Source: Octopus sinensis
Lineage: Eukaryota
Direction: 5' to 3'
Length of the DNA stretch: 64,000 nt
Assembly (NCBI RefSeq): GCF_006345805.1
Contig: NW_021837025.1
Location: forward strand, 62,001 to 126,000
The position numbers and the translations under genes are program-made. The notes under the pieces were generated by a model. That model did not search any database, had not been told where the DNA came from, and saw only the letters and a list, made by a program, of their open reading frames with translations. Below, in pieces: positions 22,551 to 35,843 of this stretch (position 1 is its first letter; each line of letters starts with the position of its first letter).

Positions 22551-23160
22551 TCAGAATATCCTCTTGGCCAACTCCTCGGCAGAAGCACGTGCGCGGGTGG
22601 CGACACTCAACTTGAGCTCACTCAACTCCTTGTCGAGGTCAGTCATGAAGAAGACAATAAAGTTAACAATCTCGTTCACATTCATGTCTCGGCAGTGCTG
22701 ACTGGTGACGAGGAAGGACAGGTCGTAGTCCTACCAATGACCCCCCAATACACCTCTATCGCCTTCTTCCGCAGAATTTGAAACTCCACTGCCCGCAGAG
22801 TGTAGAAACGAGCAAACTTGGAGGCCAACACGAATTCGATCTCGTCGGACTAGGAAATGTAACGTGTTTGTACTTTTCTGATTTTGAGGCTTATTCGGAC
22901 AGAGTTAATGGAGGGTTCAATCAGAATCCTCTCCTTATCATTCCGTGAGATTATCAGAGGAGTCATTAGTAGTTCTTTTGAGTTCCTGTCCTCTATTTCT
23001 GGCTTGTTGTGTCTCTCCACCACTTGTGAGTCAAAGTTCTGCAGACATAACACAGCCTTCAATGTTAGCCGAACTGCATCATAGTATAACTTCGCTGAGG
23101 TTGCCTAGACCTTATATTTTGAGTAAATTTATGGTATTAAAAATGAGTACAAAAAACCAT
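22551..23160 (-). CDS. ARPC4: Arp2/3 complex 20-kDa subunit
   Basis: [25 protein letters not shown]...[11 protein letters not shown]...FQILRKK. The ATG is alone in exon 1. Confidence 0.95.
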
Positions 23161-23519
23161 TTAAGCTGATCAGTAATAATCTATTCTTTAATTTGAATTA
23201 ATTTTTTATTATATTAAAAAGAAAAATATTTATTAAAATAAATTAATAAAAGTTTTATGAAAATAATCCAATTCATTCATAAAGTCATTACGATAAATTA
23301 TACAATTTCTTTTCATCGAAAAGCAGTTTGAGTTGTTTGAGGCACTTTGAATTTCTATCGAGTTTTTTTATTCTTTAAGAGATAAACTCCTTCATGGGGA
23401 ATTTCATATTATATATATTTTTGTAAGTTAATGTATTAGACCACGTTTTAGCTACGCGTTCAGGTCTGACTTGAGGTACAGGACTTGTAGTTTTGAAAGA
23501 TTCCAACATGAATATCAAC

Positions 23520-24470
23520 AGTGATGAGACTGAATATTTGTGGAAAATCAGACTGTAAATCCCTTTTAGAGTAAACAGATACTCGTGCTGGTGTCAAAAA
23601 TGAAGAAACAGTTACAGTTCTTTCATGTACAAATTGGATAGAAAATGATAATCAGAACAAGCCTCTGGTAATCAGAACAAGTCTCCGCATTGTTTGAAAA
23701 TTTTCAAAATACATTAATGACCAACGTACAGATGACGTTTAAAAATGTAATAATATAAATGAGGAAAATATTTCCACAATAGTGCCACAAGTAATATATT
23801 TCCACAAATGAATCAGCTTTGGTGATTTTTTGGTCCTACTCAGCGGTGATTTGACAATTCTGCAACAGGAAACAAAATAAAAGATTATTTTCGTGTAATA
23901 TATTCTTCGTCACATGCATCAATTGTATGTCAGATTGTGGATTATAGGATTCGATGTGCAAATGTCGAGAGGAAAAAGTATATGATTTCAGCCAAAAAAA
24001 CACTAAAAAATTTGTATCTAATTTATTCCACGCAACATGTATTGCACATTTAATTTACAATTGTGCTTTAAGGATAAGACTAAATTATCCTGTAGTGGAT
24101 AATTTAATTACCTTTATAAAAGGAATTTGTCAAAGAATAATTGTCGAAGGCAACTATTTGCTGAAATAGAACCTATTGTTACTAAATGGGAAAGCTGTCT
24201 CTGAGCAATCAAGTACTACGCGGAAAATTTTCCAAGAGTGTTAGAAATATGCAATTCGCTGAAATATTGATTTGAAGAGCAATGGAATCAATAAAAATGA
24301 AGGACTTTTTAATGATTTAAAGGAGATATGGAATGAATATTCCCCACTCGTTGATGTTCTTAGTGAAATTGAGTTAAGAAACTTTTCTATCCAAAAGGCA
24401 TATAATTTTCAGAGAAAACTTGATTTAAAAGAAGATGCATGTAAAATAAATGAATATATCGAGAATAGGT
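23520..24470 (+). pseudogene. Decayed hAT-related transposase
   Basis: LFHATCIAHLIYNCALRIR and EPIVTKWESCL*AIKYYAENFP correspond to the hAT CxxH and P.xTRW motifs. Many stops. Confidence 0.65.
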
Positions 24471-24507
24471 ATTTCCATACTTCGAAATATTTCCATACTT
24501 CGACCTC

Positions 24508-24934
24508 TTCCATACTTCGACCTCTTAGCCTCCTCAGCCTGAGCACTGGCAGAACCCGGTTAGTGATGGACTTGAGTAACACCGACGCGGAGAACGAGTC
24601 AACACAAGTTGCATCCCAAATCAGGGACTGCCTTCCCTGAAAGGGAAGGTAGTCATCCCGTCAGGACGCTTTCATCACTCCGGCAGAGACCGACTGGCTC
24701 TAGAGTGGGGGGAAACCTGCCGACTCTAGAGCACTTTTGACGATGTCATTGAGGTGAGTGTGGCGAGAAATTCTGCCAGCACTCTTCTTGCACGATAGGG
24801 CGTGGAAACCGTTCGGGAGATCGTAGACCCGCACCGGCATGGGTGGGGCTGACAGATGTCCAGGGCCAAGTGTAAGCAAACACCAATCCGTAAGGATTCG
24901 TCGTCCAGAAGTAGTCCCGTACTAGGGGTAGGGT
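24508..24934 (-). pseudogene. CRE-like RLE fragment, copy 3, frameshifted and truncated at both ends
   Basis: [17 protein letters not shown]...CRCG...[15 protein letters not shown]...EPVGL..KRPDG...WDATC...AEEAKRSKYG. Confidence 0.85.
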
Positions 24935-26818
24935 CCCTACTCAGTTCTCCACGTGTGTGATATCAATCGAGCTCATTTTTTCAGAGGATCAGTTTGAAAT
25001 ATTCTGGATAATATGCGCTTTTTACAGCTCGTCTAAAACCTTTTTATCTACTCTATTCTGGCGTTTTAAATTTTCAGCAAGATTTGCGTAATTATAAATA
25101 TCCCTACTCAGTTCCACGTGTGTGATATCAATCGAGCTCTTTTTTTCAGGGGATCAGTTTGAAATATTTCTGAATAATATGCGCTTTTTACAGCTCGTCT
25201 AAAACCTTTTATCTACTCTATTCTGGCGTTTTAAAATTTTCAGCAAGATTTGCGTAATTATAAATATCCTACTCAGTCTCCACGTGTGTGATATCAATCG
25301 AGCTCTTTTTTTCAGGGGATCAGTTTGAAATATTTCTGGATAATATGCGCTTTTTACAGCTCGTCTAAAACCTTTTATCTACTCTATTCTGGCGTTTTAA
25401 AATTTTCAGCAAGATTTGCGTAATTATAAATATCCCTACTCAGTTCTCCACGTGTGTGATATCAATCGAGCTCTTTTTTTCAGGGGATCAGTTTGAAATA
25501 TTTCTGGATAATATGCGCTTTTTACAGCTCATCTAAAACCTTTTATCTACTCTATTCTGGCGTTTTAAAATTTTCAGCAAGATTTGCGTAATTATAAATA
25601 TCCCTACTCAGTTCTCCACGTGTGTGATATCAATCGAGCTCATTTTTTCAGGGGATCAGTTTGAAATATTTCTGGATAATATGCGCTTTTTACTGCTCGT
25701 CTAAAACCTTTTTATCTACTCTATTCTGGCGTTTTAAAATTTTCAGCAAGATTTGCGTAATTATAAATATCCCTCAGTTCTCCACGTGTGTGATATCAAT
25801 CGAGCTCTTTTTTGTCAGGGGATCAGTTTGAAATATTTCTGGATAATATGCGCTTTTTAAAGCTCGTCTAAAACCTTTTTATCTACTCTATTCTGGCGTT
25901 TTAAAATTTTCAGCAAGATTGCGTAATTATAAATATCCCTACTCAGTTCTCCACGTGTGTGATATCAATCGAGCTCTTTTTTTCAGGGGATCAGTTTGAA
26001 ATATTTCTGGATAATATGCGCTTTTTATGCTCGTCTAAAACCTTTTATCTACTCTATTCTGGCGTTTTAAAATTTTCAGCAAGATTTGCGTAATTATAAA
26101 TATCCCTACTCAGTTCTCCACGTGTGTGATATCAATCGAGCTTTTTTTTCAGGGGATCAGTTTGAAATATTTCTGGATAATATGCGCTTTTTAAAGCTCG
26201 TCTAAAACCTTTTTATCTACTCTATTCTGGCGTTTTAAAATTTTCAGCAAGATTTGCGTAATTATAAATATCCCTACTCAGTTCTCCACGTGTGTGATAT
26301 CAATCGAGCTCTTTTTTTCAGGGGATCAGTTTGAAATATTTCTGGATAATATGCGCTTTTTACTGCTCGTCTAAAACCTTTTTATCTACTCTATTCTGGC
26401 GTTTTAAAATTTTCAGCAAGATTTGCGTAATTATAAATATCCTACTCAGTTCTCCACGTGTGTGATATCAATCGAGCTCTTTTTTTCAGGGGATCAGTTT
26501 GAAATATTTCTGGATAATATGCGCTTTTTACAGCTCGTCTAAAACCTTTTTATCTACTCTATTCTGGCGTTTTAAAATTTTCAGCAGAGATTGCGTAATT
26601 ATAAATATCCCTACTCAGTTCTCCACGTGTGTGATATCAATCGAGCTCTTTTTTTTAGGGGATCAGTTTGAAATATTTCTGGATAATATGCGCTTTTTAC
26701 AGCTCGTCTAAAACCTTTTGATCTCTCTATTCTGGCGTTTTAAATTTTCAGCAAGATTTGCGTAATTATAAAGATCCCTACTCAGTTCTCCACGTGTGTG
26801 ATATCAATCGAACTCTTT
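24935..26818. repeat. Tandem satellite, 11 full units of ~167-168 bp plus a partial 12th
   Basis: Units start at 24935, 25102, 25268, 25434, 25602, 25771, 25937, 26104, 26272, 26440, 26609 and 26776 (CCCTACTCAGTTCTCCACGTGTGTGATATCAATCGAGCTC...). Units differ mainly by homopolymer indels. Confidence 0.97.
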
Positions 26819-27093
26819 ACGTCCTGCAGGAGGTCGTTGGAAGGGATCACTTTATTTACAAACGTGCAAAGGCATACTTTATGGACTCCAAAAGGGATCC
26901 CTCCCCTCAGGAGTCCCCCTCGACCTCTCCGAGTATGGAAGGGTACAGCCACTGTCTGAAAGTCAAAGGAATTGGTGGCCTTGGTCCCCCCTGCCCTGGT
27001 CGACCATGTCAGGAATTCGTTCGTGCAGAGACACTCGCGGAGGGGGCGGGAGGCCTGTCGGAGGCCCAACGTGATCAACCTGTTGGAGGACTT
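26819..27093 (+). pseudogene. Duplicated internal fragment of the MSL3-like gene
   Basis: Near-identical to 32240-32515 (about 6-7 differences in 275 bp), including the 20-nt intron. Confidence 0.95.
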
Positions 27094-27499
27094 AGATATT
27101 GCAGCTCAATGTAATTGGGTGAGTCTCAAGGGTTCAATTTTGCAACAAGGACGTCACTTTAGCAATAAATTTCTGGCGGGTGATGCTTTTCCGAGCTGTT
27201 TTGGCTTCCAAAGCGAGAATTTTTGTAGTTTCTAAATGGCGTTTGTGACTTAAAAAGTTACATGTTTCTGAATAAGTTGTTTTTTCTGATCAGTGAAACT
27301 TATTCTGCTAAAGAAAGGACGAATCGGGCACTTTCTGGATTAGTGTCCAATTATTAGTAAAGAAACCTCGTGGATAAATGTGTACATTCCACTGGACTAA
27401 ACAAAATACACAAAATCAACTAAAATAATATTCCAGTGATATAAGACATAGTTTATTAACAATAAAAATTTCACGCAAACACGGTCATGTAATACTCGT

Positions 27500-29123
27500 C
27501 TACACTAAATCTCCGAAACAATCAAACGACCCGTCATCATCTTGGAATAAATTGTCATTGAAGGAGGCTTTCTTTACAAGGGAGTCATCCTGCGACTCTT
27601 CTTTGACTGAACCAAGTGTGGGTTGATCGTCGGGTCGGGACATTCCAACTCGGTGAATCGTTTTGGTGTCGCCGGCCATACGGTCCATGACATACAGCTT
27701 TGGCTCGGACACCAACAACACATTCGGCGCAGAAGGGGAATGTGTGGGCAGGGATTTGAGAGACTCATTGCCTGGTGGAGTGACCCCCGGCTTCCGAGGC
27801 TTCCTCTTCTGTGTCCGCGAGGCAGTGCTTGGCGCTAAAAGAATAAAACCATAAGAGAACTGTTTATTTTGCGGACAGCCCTCTTGGTCTTCTTATTGTA
27901 GGTGTCGAAGGAATCTAAAATGAGGACAAAGATGTACCCGACTGGGCGGAAGTGGGTCTGCCAATAGAACTGGTGGACTCGACACTGTTGAGTTGCTGAG
28001 ACATATCCCTGTCCATTTGCGCCCTCTGAATCTGCATTATTATGGCTCGGAGGGAGTCGGAGGGGGTCATTCCAAAGTTGCGGGAGTGTCCCATCAGTCC
28101 CCGGGCTGCCTCCCCAATGGTGATCATCTTAATGAGTGAGGACAGAAAGGACACCTCGAGAAAGTGGAGGATGGCCGGGGTGATTCCATTATCCGTTATA
28201 TTATTGAACAACACGTGTTGATGTTGTTCACTCTTGGAGTACATGCGGAGGGATTCCTTGTCGACCATTTCCCGGAAGTTGTGATGTTCGATCGACCAAG
28301 ACCTGATTCGGTGGCAGGTCAGTCCGAACTCCACCTCGACAGTCCCGTTGACGAGGACCTTCCGTCATGTCCACAACCAACCTCGTAGGTCACGTTGAAC
28401 ATTCTGTACTCCGTACGGACAGAGGCGTTGGGGTAAAGCAGGCAAAATGACTTTTGTCGAGGACAGCAGTGGACTGGCTGTCGAAGGATGTTGTGGACTT
28501 GAACGACTCCATTCTCATAACAGAACCGGTAGAACCTGCCAATCATGGCCCTCCCCACGTCTACACACGTCACTGACCTCACTACAGAAACTCTTCGTGA
28601 CCCCCCCGAAGATGCCGGTTATTCGAATATTCGCGTCATCCTCGAAGAATTCATCCGCGAATTTTTCCCAGAAGGAGTAGACACAGCGCTGGGGTGAGTG
28701 GGGGATGTACCTCATCACATCGGGCTTCGCTGGTGATGTCGTACAGGTGGTTGAGCTAGGAATCAGTCAGGACTGTACTTCTAGTCGCGGAGTACTCGAC
28801 TTGGCCATGTTCAGCCATCTGTTCATCTCGTAGACACGTGACTCCACCACTGACACGATTTGGTAGGCTGACACTCCCGGCCGCCGAGTGATTGGGGGTC
28901 CCCTCGGCATGTGTTGTTGGCTCAGCACTTGTTGTTCGTAGCTCATCACTCGCTGGCAGTCAAGAGGGCGGACAACCTGACTGCGGGGGTACAGCATGCC
29001 ACAGTTCTGCGGGTGGTCATCCATTGGGTGTCGGCGCACTGGGGGCATAGCACTGCGAGGGGTAGACTGGTCCATGTACATTTCCTCTGTTAAGGCAATT
29101 AGGCATTTGGGGGAGGGGGACAA
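27500..29123 (-). CDS. LDB: LIM-domain-binding protein (Chip/LDB); start approximate
   Basis: RVYEMNRWL, FWEKFADEFFEDDANI, IGRFYR, RIRSWSIEHHNFREMV, and the LID-like VLLVSEPKL..TIHRV. Confidence 0.8.
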
Positions 29124-29671
29124 TAGGGGATATGCACTGTGTTAGGTCATTAAAGCGAGCATTGCATGTCAGTACTTTACCCAACTATGAAAAGAAAACC
29201 ATATAAATACAATTTTGTTCATTTATAATTAAAACAAATACTAATTCATTTTTACTCCATTTTTTAATCATTTTAACACGCTCTGCTTTTTACCAGTAAT
29301 CGATTAGCCAAAAGTGATCTCTTACCTTCCGGTCTTAGCGTGGCGTTATGGGGTCCACCATGTCAGTTGGAAAATTCCAATCGGATATGGCAACGCTCAG
29401 GAGGCACTTAATGCCTACCGAAAAAGGACTTCTAGCTCTCAGACCCTGGGACATGGTCGTCTCAGGCCGATCATGCGGGCAGGATCGAACCTTTCAGAAG
29501 GATCTCCCTCGTTTGGATCGGCGATCACGGGAATAACTATAATTAACTGGCTTTGCCCGTGTTTGGTCTTTAATAAATAATAATAAATCGATGACTACTC
29601 CTATTGATGACCACGTTAAATAATTCTGTCACCCGCAGTCATAAACCTCCCCCAATCTGTCACCCGCAGTT

Positions 29672-31727
29672 CTACAAAGAACAGTCCAATACGAGAAAAG
29701 CGTAAAAATCAAGAAATAAGCAGCAAATTAAGTGTGGACGAGGGATCGAATCTCGGTAAGCCTGGAATTGTACAAATTGGTCAATTCGTTCTTCTCGTGG
29801 AGGGACAGTCTGTACATCTTCATAGTCCTCTCCTCGTGCTACAAATGACTGTCCATTCACATACTGCCAACACAAGTCCAATCTCATCCTCCAACATCAG
29901 CACGTGTGCTCTCAGTCGCTGAGTCTCAAAGTCCTTGACGCAAAGGGCCACTTTGAGGTCGTGGATTAACTTGCTGTCGAATATGGACCCCTCGCTGGTC
30001 TCGTCCCGCTCGATTTCCTGCAGGGACTTGGAGACCATCCGGGCAATCCGCTCATTGTCTGCCCGGAGACGGTCTTCCGTGGACTTGTAGTTCTCAATGG
30101 CCACCATCAACTCCTCGTGGAACTCGGAAAGAGTGCCCGAAACCATCGAAAGTTGTGACTTTAGGGAAGCAATGTTTATTTCCCGTGCTTTGATGACCGT
30201 CAGCAGAGTATTGACTGCATTCGTGTCAGACTCCTTGATGGACAGTTCGTCTATTTGAGGGAATTGCCTGGAATATGACCCTCAACTACCCCTCGAGCAC
30301 CTCCGCGGACTCGTCATCGGAAATGGGACTCATTTTGTGTGCCCGTTCTCTCAACATTTCGTACATCTCCGTCCTCTGCTCCAACAATTTCTTCCCCTCC
30401 AAGTACGACCGCTTTATCTGGTCATTCTCCTCACTCAACTTGTCATACTGCTCCAACACGTCCTCCAGTCTCTTGCTCAACTCGGATCTGGAATGTGGCA
30501 CACTCTCACCTCTCGTTCTCCAGGTAATTAATCTTCTCCACCGAACTCTCCCTCTCGGCACAGTACAGACTGCAGTGTGCCTCAAAGTCCGCCTGCACTT
30601 GACTCAACTGCGACTGAAGTCCCCAAATCTGTGCGTGGAGGGAGTCGATGGCCTGCTGTTCGCTGTCCCGCTGGGGAGGGGGACTGTCCCTCTTCCCCAC
30701 GGCCACACTGCCCTCCTTGGGGATCTCCGGACTGCGGGGACGTGGCTCAGTGGTCATGATGGAGTCGAGCATGCTGCACCAACTGTCCCTCGACGACTCG
30801 GTGGTGACGGACAAGGTGAGTGTCTCCCCCTCAGTCTTGACAGTCAAACCAGTCCTCAACCTCCAAGACGAAGCCGTAGCTGAAGGGGAGAGTCAGTTCC
30901 TCCACTTTTTTGCACTTTTTGACATCAATGAGCATGTTCACTGCAGAACAGCCATCCATTTTGACAGATAACTGGCCGTTCTTCAACTTGCACCAACACT
31001 TGGCCCATTCCTGGTACATGAACACGACTTACATTCGTCTGCTTGTCGTTGAGCATGAGCCACCCACTCTTCTGGTAGAACAGTCCCTGTGGAGTGAGCA
31101 CACCACTTACTTCCAATTCTGCACTCTCTCCGTACAAATGACTCCTCTTCTCACTCGGTTGGGGCACTGTCTTGACTGCCGTGAGAGGAGGGGAGTACCC
31201 GACTGGGTGGAGTCGACCAGTTTGCCCTCACTTTCGGTGGAGGAATGGAAGACTCGTCTGGGCTGAGTGTCCTGTCTTCTGAGGACACACCGACTGGCCT
31301 CGCCCATCGAACTGTGGAGAATATCCCCCCACCTGTGAATGACCAACCACCCTACCTCCTGATCTCATCTCGATTGACTCCCTTAATGAACATGTCTTGT
31401 CCTTCGAAGTGCAGTCTGAGGGAGTTGGCGTGGGTGGTGATCTCCTCCGCCTCCGACAGTTCCAGCAGGTCGTTCAAGTCCATGTCCGACAAAGGCACTC
31501 CTTCCACCTGCCATCAGTCACGTGCTTACGTTTTCGTCCAGGAAATATTTGAGGTGGGCGTCGCTGTAGACCACGAAGTATCGCCTGATCCACCGCTGGG
31601 AGTGACCTCACACACTCACCCTCGACTTGGACAGGGCTGTGGAGAAATTCGAGTCCTGTGATATGAAGAGATACCCGCAGTGAGTCGCCTTGGTCGAGCA
31701 CTACTTTGTTTTCATATTTTTACGCAT
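29672..31727 (-). CDS. Two-PH-domain plus coiled-coil protein, MPRIP/TRIOBP/outspread-like; ends approximate
   Basis: QKSGWLML..WAKCWCKL..IDVKKCKKVEE..YGF..LSVTTESSRDSW (PH), an upstream PH-like segment DMFIKGVNRDEI, and long C-terminal coiled coils. Confidence 0.55.
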
Positions 31728-31904
31728 TTTCTTTCCAAGGCTTCAGCCGTGTGCTGGTTTTTTGCAGCAAAACAGTTTTGGCAGCGAATACGGCTGAACC
31801 GATTGGGCTCGAACTTTGTGCACTGCTTGTACGACATGCTATTTCACAACCAACAATAACAATCTATAATATTTATTTATTTAATAAACTATTTGAAATA
31901 TATT

Positions 31905-33076
31905 ATGTCGAAGTGCTCTTCTCGGATGTCGTGGCCCACTGTGGGGTCCTCGGTCATTTGCTATGCAGAAAATATTTCCCGGCACAAACTGTTCTTTGAA
32001 GGGACGATCACCGAACAGTCCAGTTGTGGAAATTACAAAGTCCACTTTTACGGCAAAAATAAGCGGTATCAACACACTAATCAGACAGACATGCCGTGCT
32101 TGTGTCCAGACAGTGCATTCTCCCCAACGTCCACAAATACCAGAACATGCGACTCGACTTGCTGTCCAACTCCCGCGTGTAATCCACTTGTCCTACTTTA
32201 TAAGTAAAAATGCGTCCACTCGGAATAATTATGTCCTCCACGTCCTGCAGGAGGTCGTGGGAAGGGATCACTTTATTTACAAACGTGCAAAGGCCTACTT
32301 TATGGACTCCAAAAGGGATCCCTTCCCTCAGGAGGTCCCCCTCGACCTCTCCGAGTATGGAAGGGTACAGTCACTGTCTGAAAGTCAAAGGAATTGGTGG
32401 CCTTGGTGCCCCCTGCCCTGGTCGACCATGTCAGGAATTCGTTCGTGCAGAGACACTCGCGGAGGGGGCGGGAGGCCTGTCGGAGGCCCAACGTGATCAA
32501 CCTGTTGGAGGACTTTTTCGTGGGGAGTTGTGCTGAACTGATTCTGGGGAACCACGACGAGGAGAGTGGCCGAGGGAGGTACTTTTAAATACCAATTAGA
32601 ATTCGATTGAACATTGAGTTTGTTGTGGGAGTTCGGGACATGTTCGACTATTATGCCTCCTATTTGATAGACTACACTCCCTGGGAACGGCTGGGGGGTG
32701 CTTTTGTGGTCGGGGACTTGTTTGGAAGGGTTGGGGGACTTGTGGATCCCCGATGTGAGAATAAAATGAGAGATCGACTTCGATGTAGCCAGTCCACTCA
32801 AAACAAAATATCTGGACTGATGAACGAGTTGAGGGGGTTTGAGTTGTGCAGTCAGGACTACCTGCAGGGGTCAGCCCCCTCTCTCTTTTCGGGAGTGGAC
32901 CATTTGAGTCGCCTGTTCTGTATTCCTGGTGATTGACCGCAGGTTTATTTCCCCGTCTTGTCGACAGGCCTTTGGAGGAGTGTCGGTTTGGCTTGGTCTG
33001 CCAGTATTATCAGCAGTTCTCTCAGTTTGCTCTATTGGCCTATTTTAGATTTCTCCTTAACTGCTTGAGTGTCTGA
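31905..33076 (+). CDS. Chromo-barrel plus MRG-domain protein, MSL3/MRG15-like
   Basis: VICYAEN..LFFEGTI..YKVHFYG (chromo barrel); PNVINLLEDF, FVVGVRDMFDY, PSLFSGVDHLSRLF (MRG). Micro-introns of 20-26 nt restore the frame. Confidence 0.8.
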
Positions 33077-33248
33077 TTTGCCGTCTTTTTCAATAATTTT
33101 GATTTTTGAAAATTAGAATTTTTAGTAGTGATTTGATCGAGCCAATGTGCCCTAAGTAGAGGGCAGAGACCTTCAAAATTAATTTGTTGATAAAAAATGA
33201 CAGAGAATTGAAATAGTAACTGAATGAATGAGTATAACCTAATTTGTT

Positions 33249-35336
33249 GTGGTTCATACAACAATGCTGAATTTTGATTTTCAGAAAGACTCGGATAAAA
33301 GAATATTGGAATCAATGGACTTGCACATCCGGCCAGTCATAGAGCAGGCCAATATAACTCGAACTAACCTGCTCACTGTCCTCAAAATGAGCATAAACGA
33401 CGTCATTTCACAACACGTCCTCTCCAAATGTCAGATGGACATGGCACACCCCAAGACACTCAGACTTGTCAACGTGATCGAAAACTTTTTTTGTTTTGGA
33501 CTGAAGAACATGAGGAACCTGATGACAGTCATTCTGGAAGTGTGCAGGGAGGACGGACGGGAGGTGGTCAATGCCATCCAAAACATGTCGTCTCTTCGGT
33601 TAGCCACTCAGTTGACAGTCCGCAGAACAGTCCCCTCCACTTTCAGAGCGTGGGTGGCCATGTTGCTCATGCGGAAACAATTTTCATATTTTTATGGATT
33701 GGTGAGGTGTCGGACACTCAAGTATGCTTGCATGCTCAGCCCAGTGGGGACATGTACGAGGACTACTCGTGTCTGGCCTGCGAGGAAGGGGAGGTGGCCA
33801 CCGGGCTGTTTCTGTGCTTGTCGAGCATTGACTTTACATTTGTGGCCACCGACGTGGACCTGAACTACCAAGTACGTGTCCCACTCATGTCAGCCCAGTC
33901 CAGTCGACTACGCCTATTTCATGGGCAGAGTGCAGTCCGATTCCCCCATCGACGACTCGCCTGCCAAAATAACGAGCATTTTCAGCCAGAAGGCGTACTT
34001 GGAAGAACGAGTGTCCCTCTTGGAGTAACCACTACTGTCTAACTAAGATGGAAGGCACAGGAAATGAAAAGACAGATCCAACAGGACTCCATTCTGTTGG
34101 ACGAGACAGCAAGGAAGGAGCAAATGGTCAGGGATCAGGCTCAGGCCAACGAGAAAGACCTCATCGAGTACAGGTCACAACAACAAATCATCATCGAGGC
34201 ATTCAACGACAAAATTTCAGTTCTAATTTGATAATCTCAGTCCAAGTCGGAAATCAGGGAGAAGAATCAACAAATCTACAATTTGCAACAAAAATGCGGC
34301 GAATATCTCGACCAACTGGCGACTGTCCGAGTTGTCCAAACTGTAAGCACTCCACCGGACTGTAGGACTTGGAAAACGTGTATAAACAAGCACAAAGCGA
34401 AAGTAAAAGGCAAAGTGAGCAGATTGTCGCACAAATAAGCCAACTGACAGATCTTACGACTCAGCTGAACCAGGCTAGGCACGCCAATCAAGTCTTGGAG
34501 TCGGATCTGGCTCATCGGAGAGAACAAATACAAGTTTGGGTAATCACGTGACCAGTCCTGTGAGGAACTATTGGAGTTGCGGACCACTCAAATCACCAAT
34601 CTGGAAGGAAAACTCTCCAAAATGTCGCTTTTGGTGAAGGACCACGAGATTTTGTTGGTTGAGTGTTACATTGAAGAATAAAGCGAATAAAGGAGGAGAA
34701 CTCTGCAATGGCTGACAAGTGCGAGAGAGTGGAGAGCAAACTGGCATTGGAAGTGGAGGCAAAGTATTTGGTCCTGTCCAAATAGACAAACCATGGAATC
34801 CCTCTGCACGCAGGAGAAACTCAAATGTTTTGATTTCCAGCAGCAGCTTGAGTTGTGCGAATCGAATGCTGCGAGTCTTAAGCGAGAACTGGGTCGTCTT
34901 GTTCCATATGAGCAGGTTAAAGAATTTGTAATTTGAATATTCTCATTTTATTTTAATTGTGAGATTAACCTATTATTTTGTTTAGGAATTTCGGTCATTA
35001 AAGAAGAAATATGACAGCCTGGTGTGCAACTATAAAGAACAGGAGGAGGCGTTGGTGGCGATGGGATGCCAACTTCAAAGCCACAATCTCAAGTTGGACG
35101 AGTTGCACGAGAATACAAAGTGGATTGTGGACAGCGATCAGTCCAATTGCAGCATCTGCGAGTGCAGCTTTACAGTGTCCAAAAGACGGGTTTGAGGGTT
35201 GTTGGACTAATGGTAGCACCACTGCCGTCGTTGTGGACTTATATTTTGTAATGAGTGTTCCGACCACCGAGTCACCCTCCCGTCCTTTGCCAAACCAGTT
35301 CGAATATGTGACACCTGCTTTCATAATATCACATAA
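33249..35336 (+). CDS. RUFY: RUN and FYVE domain protein; start approximate
   Basis: [41 protein letters not shown] (RUN), coiled coil, and W...CSIC..F...[13 protein letters not shown]...VRICDTC (FYVE). Confidence 0.88.
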
Positions 35337-35843
35337 TATTTAAAATGTCAATAAGAGGCCTCCTTGAGTGTGGAATAGTAGTTTTTTTATACAAATAGTT
35401 ATGATACAAAATATCTTTTGGCAAAAAATAAATTTGGCGTGACATTAATGTACTGGAAGAGCGATTTTAGATTAGCCAGTAAATCAGGGTTGATTCTAAC
35501 TCAATTAGCCAGATCAATGTAGAGACACAAGATCGATGATTGAAATCAACTCATTCAATCAGACAGCATATTCGAATCAATTTATTTCGATAATCCTAAA
35601 CGACACTCAATACACTCTTCTCATCAATAAAGAGTTCTGGGATAAGTAATATATTCATATTTATGACAATTCTAGCAACAAAGTGCTCTAAAATAATTAG
35701 CAGCCATTTAATTTGAGAATGATTTAGTAAAGAAATAATGCGGGTAGGTCGACACGTGAATAGACGAACGTGAATTGACGCGACCGATAAGTATTTATAC
35801 TTGATTGCCGTATTCCGTTTGATTTCTGTTTATTTGTTATAAA

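Noticed and set aside
24935-26818. CRISPR array or coding repeat
   Set aside because: Units are contiguous and near-identical with no unique spacers, no cas genes are present, the context is eukaryotic, and the frames checked contain stops.
30275-30883. Long antisense or alternative-frame ORFs over genes (also 43496-43831, 47157-47585, 60874-61374)
   Set aside because: They are shadows of GC-richer coding exons with no independent motifs.
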